Assembly: GCA_977018835.1 (NCBI GenBank)
Contig: OZ361258.1
Coordinates: forward strand, 1,922,001 to 1,986,000
Length of the DNA stretch: 64,000 nt
Origin: Minutocellus sp. GHC0000111
Lineage: Eukaryota
Reading direction: 5' to 3'
The position numbers and the translations under genes were made by a program. The notes below the pieces were generated by a model, which worked only from the letters and a program-made list of their open reading frames with translations, was not told where the DNA came from and searched no databases. Shown piece after piece: positions 15,065 to 25,580 of this stretch (within the stretch, counting starts at the first letter, position 1; each line of letters starts with the position of its first letter).

Positions 15065-15595
15065 ATGATCATTCCCAAGGAAGCGCTGACTAGCATCAAC
15101 ACTAAAGTGATGAACGCTTTGTCCACGGAGGTACTCGGCCTCAGCATTGGCGCCCTCGGCCTTGCTGTCATCAGCCTTGCTGCCATCGGCTTCGCCGGCT
15201 ACACCTGCTTCCCCACGGCCGAACCTGACCACGAGATCTGCATCCATGACGGCATTGGTGGCAACGGAGCCGCTCGCTTCATTGCATATGCACTGGTCCT
15301 TCTTCTTCTGGGCTCAGCGGAGTACGTGTTTGGACTTCGCGAGAAGGTCACTGGCGCAATTTCTGCCAAAAATACCAAGAGCGTTGGTGAACTCATCAAG
15401 GAGGAGTTCGAGGATATCGGTCGCGACGCCCGCATTGTCCACACGGCCCTTTCTGCGTTTTTCTTCCTAAACGTTCTTGCCCTTCTTTTCCTTGCGCAGT
15501 TTGGGCTCATCGAGTTCTTGCCTGCGCTGAACAGCATCTTCACCGCAATGTTCATTGCGGTCTACTTTCCCAAGGCCATCCAGCACTTCTTCTGA
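15065..15595 (+). CDS. Small multi-pass membrane protein, unknown family
   Basis: 176-aa ORF with about 4 hydrophobic segments and gene-like codon usage (GC-rich third positions). Confidence 0.6.
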   Translation: MIIPKEALTSINTKVMNALSTEVLGLSIGALGLAVISLAAIGFAGYTCFPTAEPDHEICIHDGIGGNGAARFIAYALVLLLLGSAEYVFGLREKVTGAISAKNTKSVGELIKEEFEDIGRDARIVHTALSAFFFLNVLALLFLAQFGLIEFLPALNSIFTAMFIAVYFPKAIQHFF

Positions 15596-15648
15596 ACAAG
15601 TTCTCCAAGATTCCACAAGGACATGCATGTGTAGATATAGCCACCTAC

Positions 15649-15700
<52 letters not shown>
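15649..15700. repeat. Compound (TA)n(TG)n microsatellite
   Basis: A run of AT dinucleotides is followed directly by a longer run of GT dinucleotides. Confidence 0.95.
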
Positions 15701-15702
<2 letters not shown>

Positions 15703-15944
15703 CTTTTGCAAGATGCTTTGTGGTTCCTTAGTGCGATTTTATCATCTAGTCTGTAGCTTTGTTCCTGATGAATTTTAGACGCAAACGAGTATTGTGTTGT
15801 GTGTACGACGTCTTGTATTGCTTTATGTTTCTATCTAAAATAAATTAGAGAAAATACTACACATATGTGCTGCCCTTCAATCTGAGTTGTTCAACCTGAG
15901 TATGATTGCACGTACGTGTACGGTAATAAATGCTATATTCGTCT

Positions 15945-16850
15945 TCAACAAAAAGCAGAAGCAATGAGAATCGCAATGAACACGTTCACAAAAACAAAAA
16001 CAAGGTTGGGCCCACATCGCTCGTAGCTCTCATCTTCGGGGTGGCCGATGGCTGCGTCCGTTCCTGCTGCGGAGTGGCGGCTGGCGCTGTCGTTGGCGAT
16101 GCCGCGCTCAAGCCTTGGGGGCACCGGGACGGCCGGGTTGGAGGCCGAAGGCGTGGTATCGACGGCAGAACGATTGGGCAGGGCTGACGCGACGGGGATG
16201 GCCTCCTCCTCCTCCTCCACCCAGGCACCTGCGAAATTGATGTTCTGGGCAGGGGGAGGGGAGCCGTCTGCCGAGACGGCTGGGACAACACCAATCGCGG
16301 CGCGATCGTTGGCGTCATGGCGCGCGTTGGACTCGTCCACGCCACGGCGAAGGCTGGCAATGGCCGGGGCGGCGTCAGCCGGGTGGTCGTACAGGTTGTC
16401 CGCGTTGTTCATGCGAGCGTTGGTCTCGCGAAGGTCGTCATCGGAGGAAGAGGCGAAGGAAGACTCGTTGCCGCTGCTCGTAGGGGAGTCCTCGCTGACG
16501 TGTCCCTTGGAGGAACCTGGCGAGGAAAATGATGGTTTCGACGAATCGTCGTCGTCGTCGTCGTCATCATCGTCATCCTCCGGCTCCGGCTCGGTTTCGC
16601 CGTCGGTTTCGGTTTCGGCTACGGCTTCGGGAGGGACGACCACGCCATCACTGCCGTCATCAGCACCAATATCATCGGGGACAGGGGCAGGGACAGATGA
16701 AGCTTCATCATCTGGGACGAGAGCATCATCTGGGATGAGAGCAGGAGCAGGTTCCGGGACAGCAACTGGCGGCTCAGCTGGCGGCTCGGCTGCGGCAAGC
16801 GCGGCTAACGCCGCCGCTTGAGCTCTGGCCTTGCTGCGGGTCAGGGGCAT
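15945..16850 (-). CDS. Acidic low-complexity protein with C-terminal tail anchor
   Basis: 301-aa ORF starting MPLTRSK, with poly-D/E tracts and a terminal hydrophobic helix LVFVFVNVFIAILIASAFC. Confidence 0.6.
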   Translation of the reverse strand: MPLTRSKARAQAAALAALAAAEPPAEPPVAVPEPAPALIPDDALVPDDEASSVPAPVPDDIGADDGSDGVVVPPEAVAETETDGETEPEPEDDDDDDDDDDDSSKPSFSSPGSSKGHVSEDSPTSSGNESSFASSSDDDLRETNARMNNADNLYDHPADAAPAIASLRRGVDESNARHDANDRAAIGVVPAVSADGSPPPAQNINFAGAWVEEEEEAIPVASALPNRSAVDTTPSASNPAVPVPPRLERGIANDSASRHSAAGTDAAIGHPEDESYERCGPNLVFVFVNVFIAILIASAFC

Positions 16851-18787
16851 TCTTTCCGGTCTATTCGATATATTTTTGCATCAACACTCCTTTACTTATT
16901 GACGAGAGGCGAATGAGCCTCGTTCGTTACTCTCTAGCATTCGGTCTTAGACAAATGGGATAACAAATCGCTGCTTGCTCGAGGCTCGAGGCAGGGCGTC
17001 CCATCACTCCTTGCGAACTTGTTCCAAGACGAATGTAGCTCTAGCTAGGCTTTATTACAATTTAGTTGCCATGGCGCATCGCGCATCCCTCCGAAAGCAC
17101 AGAACGCGTTCGGAGAGACAAATGAATGCTCTCCAATGCATTGGAATTCCTTCTTTATAGTAATGAGGCACCTCCTGACATAATGGCAAGCTAGAGCATT
17201 GCTTTGCACCATCGAATAATCGTTACAAGTCGCCCTGCCATTGCGTCACGCCCATGCTTGATGTGCCAGAACCACCCGTCCGCTTCAACAAAACAATTTG
17301 ATTTCAGCCATTGGGAATTCATTCATCGTCTCGGCAAGTATGCCTGTTTGGCGCCTCAACACGTGGATAGCTACTTAGCTACGTAGAAAGAGCAGAGATG
17401 AAGTCAGTTGTCTTTTATCGATGCCTACAAACCATTGCTGCCTGTTGGACCATCCCGTACATATCGAACAAGTAGATGCAACTTTCATTAAGTGCTCTAT
17501 GGGCGACATTTATAGATCGTCGATGCCTCTCGTGGAATTCCAAAATGCCCTGCGCCGGCCACGAGTTCGTGGGTTTTGAGATGCTTTGTCCTTTTCCAAG
17601 TAATTATATGGAAATGCCTAGGAATTTCTATGGGCAGGTTGGTCATCGGAGGAGCAACCTATCATGGCAACAGGCTAAACACATGGAGAGCGGGCATGTT
17701 TACTTCTCGCTGCAGCATTTACTTTGAGCTCCTGGCGGTTGTTCTCTGCTCTGAATCTCACTTGGACTTGCTCGTGTCCGTATATTCGTGCTTTCGCGGT
17801 GTAACCTGTGATATTCTTAATGCGGTTGCCATCTTAGCGCATGTTGCATCAGAAGTTCCTCAGCATAGCTCATGGGCATATGATTTCTTTCTATCGCTAA
17901 TTGAAGCCATTGCGTCTGATGCCGAAAGATCTTCTTTCCTTCTTGTACCAGCTATTGGGATAGAGAGGTGTCCGAGGGCCATCCTTTGCTGAGAACGCCC
18001 AGATCTATTGCAGGTCTGGCGACACAATTAAGAACGAGATATGCATTGAAAGTGCCGACCGGTCGAGTGTTACAACCTTTATCTCCGATGATCTTCGAAT
18101 CATACCGTTTCGAGCTCGGCCTCTGTCTGGCGAATCACATTCACAGCAAAACTGGCAGGCATCTCCTCTTTGTCGTCCAATTCTTCAAGCTTTATGAAGG
18201 GGGATATCTCTGATACATTCTTTCAAAACGCTAGGGGAAGTGGGATGCTGAGAAGATATCAGATAAAGACGGTTGCCGATACCGTCGCCGAAAACATGAT
18301 GGGTCAAGCTTTTTCGTTTATCTCGAGCTGACGTTTTCCAACGCTGCTTTTCCATCCATGATGAATGCCATGTTTGGAGTCGGCGGTAATCATTTGTTCT
18401 ATCACAATGCTACAAGTATATGAAAGGAAGCGCATTTGCTCCGATTGCATTATTTGCGCGACCGGAACGAAGGAACAAAGGAATTACTTGAAAGATCGAT
18501 TTGTGTTATGTTCTATCTACTAGAACTGGCAAATTTTACAATGTCTACTTGTGTCCAGGCAGAGTTGCAAATACCTGCTGTATCTAGCTAATCTATTTAC
18601 CGCCTATGACAGAATATTCGGTTCTTGCAAAAAGAACTGCATTCCAATGCTGCACTCACAAATGTTAGCAAGGAGTCAAATCAAGATGTTGCATGTTGTC
18701 CCTACAGGATAACTGCTAACCAAAGGCCAATGCCAATGCTGAAGCTGCATTGTGAAATATCAATAAACAAGAGCATGCAGAAGACCA

Positions 18788-19183
18788 CTATGGGGCCAAA
18801 TGCCCGTTGTAGTACAGCTCCGCTCTGGAGAGCTGTTCATTTACTTTGGCGAGGTCGTCGTCGCTACCAACTGATTCATCAGTACGGATGCTCTCGTCAC
18901 TAACGGCACTCTCCCCGTTGTCCAAAAGCCCAGCATAAATCTGCTCCGCTCTAGAGATGTGCCCATTGGCTTTGGCAAGGTCTGATTGAAAACGTTCATC
19001 TTCCCTGTCGATCGACCCGTCGCTACGGATGCTCGCCTCTGCGTGGCTCGATACGTCATTTCCAGCAACATCACTTGCCGACCCCGAGGAAGAGACAACG
19101 CTGAGACGGGCGGAAGGCATGCGCCCAGGATCTGAGTTTGTGGAGGGCACACAGAAAGTGCCTTTGGATGAACAGCATCCCAT
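18788..19183 (-). CDS. Small putatively N-myristoylated/palmitoylated protein with two internal repeats
   Basis: Starts MGCCSSK. Repeated unit SIR(S/T)DxS....DLAKxNxxxSRAExxYxGxL. Confidence 0.55.
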   Translation of the reverse strand: MGCCSSKGTFCVPSTNSDPGRMPSARLSVVSSSGSASDVAGNDVSSHAEASIRSDGSIDREDERFQSDLAKANGHISRAEQIYAGLLDNGESAVSDESIRTDESVGSDDDLAKVNEQLSRAELYYNGHLAP

Positions 19184-19683
19184 TCTGAACAACAACAGCG
19201 GTGATGCGCTCTACTGGAGGGAAGTAGGCTTGAAGACGGCCTCTTCCTCACGCGCCAACTGGCGCCCCGGGCGATTTGAGAATTGTTAGGGGGGTTTAAT
19301 TGGATTTTTTTTACCAATTGGTAACTATTTCAATGGTCGGTTTTCCTCTTTCGGTACACCCCCATATCATTTTATAAATTGAGGGGCAAGACGAGGAATT
19401 GGGGATGAGAAAAAAATGTATTCAGAAAGCATCATTAGTTATTTAGTTATTATGCAGGTTCATTTTTTGTTTATTTTACATGTATTTTGTGTTAGCCGGC
19501 ATCTACGAATACATGTAGTCCAAGCTGCCCATGGCCGGTCTTTCTCATGAGATATGGATCTATACGTACTCTTAGGGTCAGATCTACGTGTAGATCTAGA
19601 TCTGTCTACTCATCTACATTCATAACAATTTTCTACACAGTCGTTTTATCATCTACATGTAGATCTACCGGTACTCATTTGAA

Positions 19684-20907
19684 TCAGACCCCATCATTCA
19701 TGTCCAACTTGCAAGCGACTCTTCCCTCTTCCTCCCACCTGGCACTCCGAGCAGCCTCTTTCACTTCTCTTCGAAACTTGGCATGTTCCATCGCCCCCCT
19801 TTCCGCCAACTCTCCGACCCTCCTGACAGTCCTTTTAACGGCATCGGCCGTGCCGCGGGCCTTGGCCGCTTCTCGCCTGGCCTTGTTTACGTCCCGCCTG
19901 AGGCTGGATATTTCTTTTTTATTTTCCGAAGCGACGCTCTCGGCCTCCACCGCCGTTTTGCAAAGAAAACCCATGCGGGCCACCTCCCTCTCGTTGAATC
20001 CGCCACCGCTGCGGTGGGCTGCTTGTGGGGTGACTGGCGGGCCGGAGAGAGCCCGCATGTGCTCCATCGAGTACAGGTAGCGCTCCGGTATCATTCCGAT
20101 TTGGCGCCTGTCCATCAGGAGCAAAAAGCATGTCGTTCCGTCCGCACCGGGACGCTCCTCGACACCCAAACGCGTCCCGTTGGCGCGTTCGTCGTCATCC
20201 TCGGGGGCATAATTTGAGTTGGTGCAGTAGTACCCTCCGTTCGTTACCGAGATCTGCCAATAATCCGTGTGTCCTGGCAGTTGAAAATTGTCGGGTTCCT
20301 TCGGGATGGTGTGGACCTTGGCTTCCCCATTTTCGTCCTGGGCGACGGACTTGGAAGTGGATGCGACCGCGGCCGGCTTCTTGGAGGCGGACTTCTTGGC
20401 GGCGGACTTGCGGGAACCGGCGGGAGTGGAAGGGCTTGTGCTTGCGTTGTTGCGCTGGTCGTTGGCCCTGCCAATCTCGGCGGCGGCCTCTTCTGGGGAA
20501 AGACCCAGGAGGTATTTTTCAACCCAGTGGGTGATGCGGTTGACCATTTGCTTGGGATTGAGCTTCTCCCAATCCTCCTTCGTGGCCCTGTTGCTACCGG
20601 TGGCCTTGTGGCCGCCAGTCGGGTCGTCGCACCCAGGGCCGAGGCCGTCGTAGCACATCGGGAGGAGATCGTACAGCACCTGCTTGACCCCGTCCTTCTC
20701 CCTCGGCGCTTTGACGAGTAATTCCGATACAAAACATTTTTTGTATTTGACCCCTTCCTCTCTGCCCTTGCCCGTCATGAGGTCGTCTTTGACGAAGCGG
20801 TGGCTGTCCCGCCCTCCATCGAGGTCCCCTTCCTTCATCTTCTGCTTCTGCTCTCCTTTCCCCCCTTTGCTCTTCGAGCGAGTTGACCTCGTTGTCCTCG
20901 TTGCCAT
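19684..20907 (-). CDS. Hypothetical protein (basic N-terminus, C-terminal coiled coil), head-to-head with HECT gene
   Basis: About 407-codon uninterrupted ORF with no recognised domain. Confidence 0.6.
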   Translation of the reverse strand: MATRTTRSTRSKSKGGKGEQKQKMKEGDLDGGRDSHRFVKDDLMTGKGREEGVKYKKCFVSELLVKAPREKDGVKQVLYDLLPMCYDGLGPGCDDPTGGHKATGSNRATKEDWEKLNPKQMVNRITHWVEKYLLGLSPEEAAAEIGRANDQRNNASTSPSTPAGSRKSAAKKSASKKPAAVASTSKSVAQDENGEAKVHTIPKEPDNFQLPGHTDYWQISVTNGGYYCTNSNYAPEDDDERANGTRLGVEERPGADGTTCFLLLMDRRQIGMIPERYLYSMEHMRALSGPPVTPQAAHRSGGGFNEREVARMGFLCKTAVEAESVASENKKEISSLRRDVNKARREAAKARGTADAVKRTVRRVGELAERGAMEHAKFRREVKEAARSARWEEEGRVACKLDMNDGV

Positions 20908-20927
20908 TGCTTCTACCGGTTTACTAA

Positions 20928-23276
20928 ATGCGTAGGACAATGATGAATAAGGGTATTAGAGTATGTGGGAAGCGGTCGAGTCAAGGCTGGTACAAGTATG
21001 TTCCTTTGATCCAATACGCTACGGCGTGCCGAACAAAATCGACTTTGGGGGCTTCCCAAGTTTCCAGAGCGCCCCAGCCCCTTCTTCGCAAAAAAATCAA
21101 AGAGATGGCCACATACATGGCAATTTCCGACTGCCGACTGCCTGTTGCATCCTCTTCAGCCCATTTTCCTCCATCTTTACTACATTTGCGGTATTGCGTA
21201 GGTGTAGCATTGACCCTCTCAGCTCATCACAAACTTGCGGCCGTCTCTCTGGTGCCATGGACCTTTTCTTTCCACATGCAGTCACTTCTTCCGACGATAG
21301 CAGCAAACAAACGCCCCGGCGCCCATCTTTTATCGCTGCCCACGGTAGTACCCGAAGGTGTGGGTCCGAAGGAGACCTTCAATGTGCGCCTTGCGACCAC
21401 CTCCCTCGACGTGCTGGTCAAGTGCCCGCCCAACGCCAGTCCGGGCGACAGGGTATTTTTGAGAGTCACCCCCGTTGATCTGCGTCCTGCGGTACTCACC
21501 AGCGGCGAGGCCGGACAAAGAGACGGCGTAGGCGGGAACGTCCCAATGTCGGAAAGTACTCTCCAGGCCAACGAACCCGCCAGGTTGGAACAGCGACGAA
21601 TCAGGAAGCAAAGAGAAAGGCGTCGCATTATCATTACGGTGCCCGAGAGGACACAAGCCGGACCCTTTTGGTGCCGCATCGAAGTGCAGGGCAAAAACTT
21701 GCACATTCATTTCACGGACGCCGATCGGCCAGGAGATGAAATTCCGATATACATACCCCCGCCTCAAGTGGACTCGACTCAGAGCAACCGAATCGAGATG
21801 GCGTATCAGTCAAATCGCGATACGTGGGTCCGTGTAATCCGGGCCGATGACTTGAAATATGTTTGGACTCGAAAGAAGGAGGGACGCATCGACGTGAGGT
21901 CGCGATTTGACATGCATCGGTCTGCCTACGTTCGCTACCTCGTCTTCTTTGCGGGCAATGACAAACGGATGCGCACTGGAGTTCTGGAATTAGTTCCCGC
22001 TGCAGAAGCGTCTTTTGATTCGAGCTGTGTTGTTAGTAACGGTCGGATGCGCAAGGCTTTCGGACACTCTGACATCGTTGCAGTGCAAAGTGGCAGCTTC
22101 ATGCAGAAGAAGGTATGGTTCAACAGTATCTGCCAGGACCACCTCGGACTTGACAAGAATCTGGGCCAGGTGATGATCAAAGTGCGCCGGGACATGTTAC
22201 TAGAGGATTCGGTAAAGGCGGTGATGAGCCTTGGCCGCCTTGACCTACGAAGGGCGTGGAGCTTTGAATTTCTTGGTGAAGGAGGGATAGATGCTGGCGG
22301 ACTTGCACGGGAGTGGTTTAGCATCGTTACTAAGCAGGTTTTTGATCCGAACAGGGGCCTTTGGTTGTTCGAAGCTGGGAATCAAATGAACATGCGTATC
22401 AACCCGCTCTCCAGTGTCACTTGTCCCCAGGATTTTTTGATTTATTTTCGCTTTTTAGGGCGTGTGATTGGAAAAGCGCTTCTTGATCAGCAACTCTTGT
22501 CTAGCCGAATGAGCCTTTACATATACAAGCATATTTTGGGTTGGCCAATCACTTTCGATGATCTTGAACTAGTGGACAAAGATGTACACAAGCACCTGCA
22601 GTCTATTGCCGAAATGGAAGAAGAACAGGTGGAGTGTCTTTGTTTGGATTTTACGTGCACAGAAGAGATTTTGGGCGTCAAGGAAACTATTGAGCTAGTC
22701 CCAGATGGCCGGAACATTGACGTGACTAACGAAAACTTGCCGGAGTATTTCAAGGCATATCTCAAATACCACCTTCTTGGTCGGGTTGAGACACAGCTGA
22801 CCGAGCTTCTCTTGGGTATTTTTGATGTTGTTCCGGAACCTCTACTTGCTGCATTTGACTGTGGAGAATTGGAGTTGCTATTGTGTTGTGTTCCAGTCAT
22901 TGATGTAGATGACTGGAAACAAAATACCGAATACGCCATGTGTGCGCTTAGCCATGGTCATAGTCAAGAAGTGATTGATTGGTTTTGGGATGTAATCGGA
23001 CATGACTTCAATCATGAGATGCGTGCACGGCTCCTTCAATTTGCTACGGGAACCAGCGGCGTTCCATCTGGTGGATTTTCTATGCTGCAAGGAAGCCGCG
23101 GCGAAATCTGCAAATTCAAAGTAAATATCATCACTGACTCCTCCGATGAACATTTCCCGACTGCTCACACCTGCTTCAACGAAATTATGATACCGACGTA
23201 CTCAAGCAGGGATCTTCTCTTAGAGAAACTGACAAAAGCTGTGACTTCCTCTGCCACAGGATTTGGTATGGCATAG
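20928..23276 (+). CDS. HECT-domain E3 ubiquitin ligase (NEDD4-like HECT; true start probably further downstream)
   Basis: VRRDMLLEDS, FLGEGGIDAGGLAREWF, FRFLGRVIGKAL, RLLQFATGTSGVP, and FPTAHTCFN with the catalytic Cys. Confidence 0.92.
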   Translation: MRRTMMNKGIRVCGKRSSQGWYKYVPLIQYATACRTKSTLGASQVSRAPQPLLRKKIKEMATYMAISDCRLPVASSSAHFPPSLLHLRYCVGVALTLSAHHKLAAVSLVPWTFSFHMQSLLPTIAANKRPGAHLLSLPTVVPEGVGPKETFNVRLATTSLDVLVKCPPNASPGDRVFLRVTPVDLRPAVLTSGEAGQRDGVGGNVPMSESTLQANEPARLEQRRIRKQRERRRIIITVPERTQAGPFWCRIEVQGKNLHIHFTDADRPGDEIPIYIPPPQVDSTQSNRIEMAYQSNRDTWVRVIRADDLKYVWTRKKEGRIDVRSRFDMHRSAYVRYLVFFAGNDKRMRTGVLELVPAAEASFDSSCVVSNGRMRKAFGHSDIVAVQSGSFMQKKVWFNSICQDHLGLDKNLGQVMIKVRRDMLLEDSVKAVMSLGRLDLRRAWSFEFLGEGGIDAGGLAREWFSIVTKQVFDPNRGLWLFEAGNQMNMRINPLSSVTCPQDFLIYFRFLGRVIGKALLDQQLLSSRMSLYIYKHILGWPITFDDLELVDKDVHKHLQSIAEMEEEQVECLCLDFTCTEEILGVKETIELVPDGRNIDVTNENLPEYFKAYLKYHLLGRVETQLTELLLGIFDVVPEPLLAAFDCGELELLLCCVPVIDVDDWKQNTEYAMCALSHGHSQEVIDWFWDVIGHDFNHEMRARLLQFATGTSGVPSGGFSMLQGSRGEICKFKVNIITDSSDEHFPTAHTCFNEIMIPTYSSRDLLLEKLTKAVTSSATGFGMA

Positions 23277-23434
23277 CTAGGCAGACATTTATTTTAGTTG
23301 TAAAAGGTTCGCCAATGTTGGTAATCTAAACGAAATTCTCCTACTCACTCTCAAGCAGGGCTTTTTCACAATTCCTCAGGCGCTAGAGGAACATTCTTCG
23401 TCGGGATGACAAGGTCGATGGCGTATTCGGGACT

Positions 23435-25126
23435 TTACATTTCAGAGCAGGCGGCAAGGAAGTCCACGTAGTCGGCCACGGCCTTGGCGAGCTCCTCCTC
23501 TGCTTCTGCGACATTGTTGTTGGCACGGCCGCACTCTCTCTCGGCAAGCCGAACATTGTCACGGGCAACGACAACGAGTGGTGTGAGCTTATCGATGACG
23601 GCATCAACAGCGAGCTTGGCGACGTTGGTCTTGGCTTTGTCGAGTTCCTCCAGAGTCTTGACCAAGCCGCCCTCAGCGTCGACGAGGACGTTCGCCTCCT
23701 TGGTGCACATCTCTTCCTTGATCAGATTGGCGAGCTTGGCCTTGGCGTACCATAGGTCGCTCTTGCGCTGGACCAGAGTCTTCTTCGCTGCTTTGGCCTT
23801 GCCCTCTGCCACTTTCACTTGCTTGGCATATTTGTTGTGAATGATTCTCTGAATGCGCTGCTGCTGCTCGCAATCCGCCGACTTCATCTGAAGCTTTGCG
23901 TTATTGTACACGCAACTTCTACTGCCACCGCCGCCACCGCCAGACACAAGGAGGCGACCTAAAATACCTGTGCTAATTCTGGTTGTAGCAGGAATGACAA
24001 TATCAGCACGGTGATCGACGTCAGTGTTTCCCTTTTGAAAGACCTGGTATTCGTCGGCCAAGTCGTCATGCTCCTCGGTAGCATCGGCAACAGCTTCGTC
24101 GGCGAGAACATAGGCTACCTTGGCACGATCAACCTCATCCCTAGCGATCGCAATGTCAGCGTTGAGCTCGCTATCCATGGCGGCCCAGTAGTTGCGTTTG
24201 GCGGCGGAATGCTCCTCCTTGCGGGTCTTGACGATGCCCTTGGCGATGGCAAGCTTCTGCTCCAGAACGCCAACCTCTTCCTCGGCCTTTGCCAGGTTGA
24301 CTTCGGCGTCGGCGAGGCCAGTCGAGTGCTTTTTGCGCTCCTCCTTCTCGTGAAGGCTGGAGAGCTTGACCTTGGCGGTGTTGTAGATGGCCAGGCGACA
24401 ATCGCGCTCCTCCTCCATGGCCTTGATGCGAGAGAGACAATAGCTGAGACCACGGCTGTATTCGCCGTCCATGGCCTTGATCATACCGCTGACACAGGCC
24501 TGGTCAGGAACGAATCTGATAACACAACGACGACGAAGATCTGCTAAAGCAGTTTTGCCGCTACCATCGGTGGCGGAGCCCAGAACGGGGCCGAGGCTGT
24601 CCGGCCCGTTGGACGCAGCACCGCTGTCCTCGAGACCAAGTGCCAGGCCGAGGCCTTGACCAGGTCCGCTGCTGCTGAAGCGACGTCCATCACCAGAGGT
24701 GGCGACGATGCGGCCGTCACTGTCCGTGCTAATGTTTGTTGAACCAAGGCCGGCGCGACGACGACCGTGGCTTCCAGGCGTACCAGTCTGGCCGTTGCCG
24801 TTGCCGTTGCCGTTGTCGGTGGCCAACATCGACAGAAATTCGTCGGTGCCGTTGCCGCCGCCGCTGCTCCAGTCGACCTGGCCGCCGCTGCCGTTCAGGG
24901 CCAACGTCCTGCCGCTGCGAGAACGACCGGCACTCCAGCGATCGAGGAGCTGGTCCAAAGTTTCTCCTTCTCTTCCTCCTCCTCCTCTGCCGTTTCCGTT
25001 TCCGTTTCCGGTACGAGAGGTGCTGCTAATCCTGCTGCCGCCGCCGGTGCGAGTCGAGCTGCCGTCGCTGCCGCCGAACGGAACGAGCGCGTTGATTTCG
25101 TCGTCGGGATTGTTGGTACTGGACAT
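23435..25126 (-). CDS. Hypothetical coiled-coil protein with G/S/N-rich N-terminus
   Basis: 563-aa ORF with long A/E/K heptad-like stretches. Confidence 0.65.
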   Translation of the reverse strand: MSSTNNPDDEINALVPFGGSDGSSTRTGGGSRISSTSRTGNGNGNGRGGGGREGETLDQLLDRWSAGRSRSGRTLALNGSGGQVDWSSGGGNGTDEFLSMLATDNGNGNGNGQTGTPGSHGRRRAGLGSTNISTDSDGRIVATSGDGRRFSSSGPGQGLGLALGLEDSGAASNGPDSLGPVLGSATDGSGKTALADLRRRCVIRFVPDQACVSGMIKAMDGEYSRGLSYCLSRIKAMEEERDCRLAIYNTAKVKLSSLHEKEERKKHSTGLADAEVNLAKAEEEVGVLEQKLAIAKGIVKTRKEEHSAAKRNYWAAMDSELNADIAIARDEVDRAKVAYVLADEAVADATEEHDDLADEYQVFQKGNTDVDHRADIVIPATTRISTGILGRLLVSGGGGGGSRSCVYNNAKLQMKSADCEQQQRIQRIIHNKYAKQVKVAEGKAKAAKKTLVQRKSDLWYAKAKLANLIKEEMCTKEANVLVDAEGGLVKTLEELDKAKTNVAKLAVDAVIDKLTPLVVVARDNVRLAERECGRANNNVAEAEEELAKAVADYVDFLAACSEM

Positions 25127-25580
25127 GATGGAACTGGTACCGGTATGGTTGTATAGGTGTTGATCGGTTGATTGGTTGGATTGATTGTGTGTCTGAAAGT
25201 AGAAATAAAGATTTCACGGCGGGCGGCGGTGAAAAAAAACAGCAACCGACACGTCATCGCCACGTCACGAGGACATGGCCCGACCGGCGCGGCACGTCAT
25301 TTTATACCATGGTGCCCTGGCTGCATCGTGAGCCTATGCACATACACGGCCGCCATCTTGCCTCCTCTGCCATGCTTTCATTGATAAGTCGAAGAAAAAG
25401 ATTGAATGGTTGGCGGGGCAGAGCAGCAGCTGAAGATCTTACTGCTCGCCGACGGTGACATGATTTGGGTACCGACCAGGGGTCCACACGAAGCAGTCCA
25501 AGATCTCAGCGCTAAGTGGTCCGAGATGAAGGTTGACGTCCGACAAAGTAGATTACCGGTACTCAAGCAGGGAACGAAAT

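Noticed and set aside
16950..18700. Possible pseudogene in an ORF-poor stretch
   Set aside because: No identifiable motifs in the frames examined.
14877..19387. 10-bp inverted match GCCCCTCAAT/ATTGAGGGGC as element ends
   Set aside because: Too short, with no TSD or transposase between the two sites.
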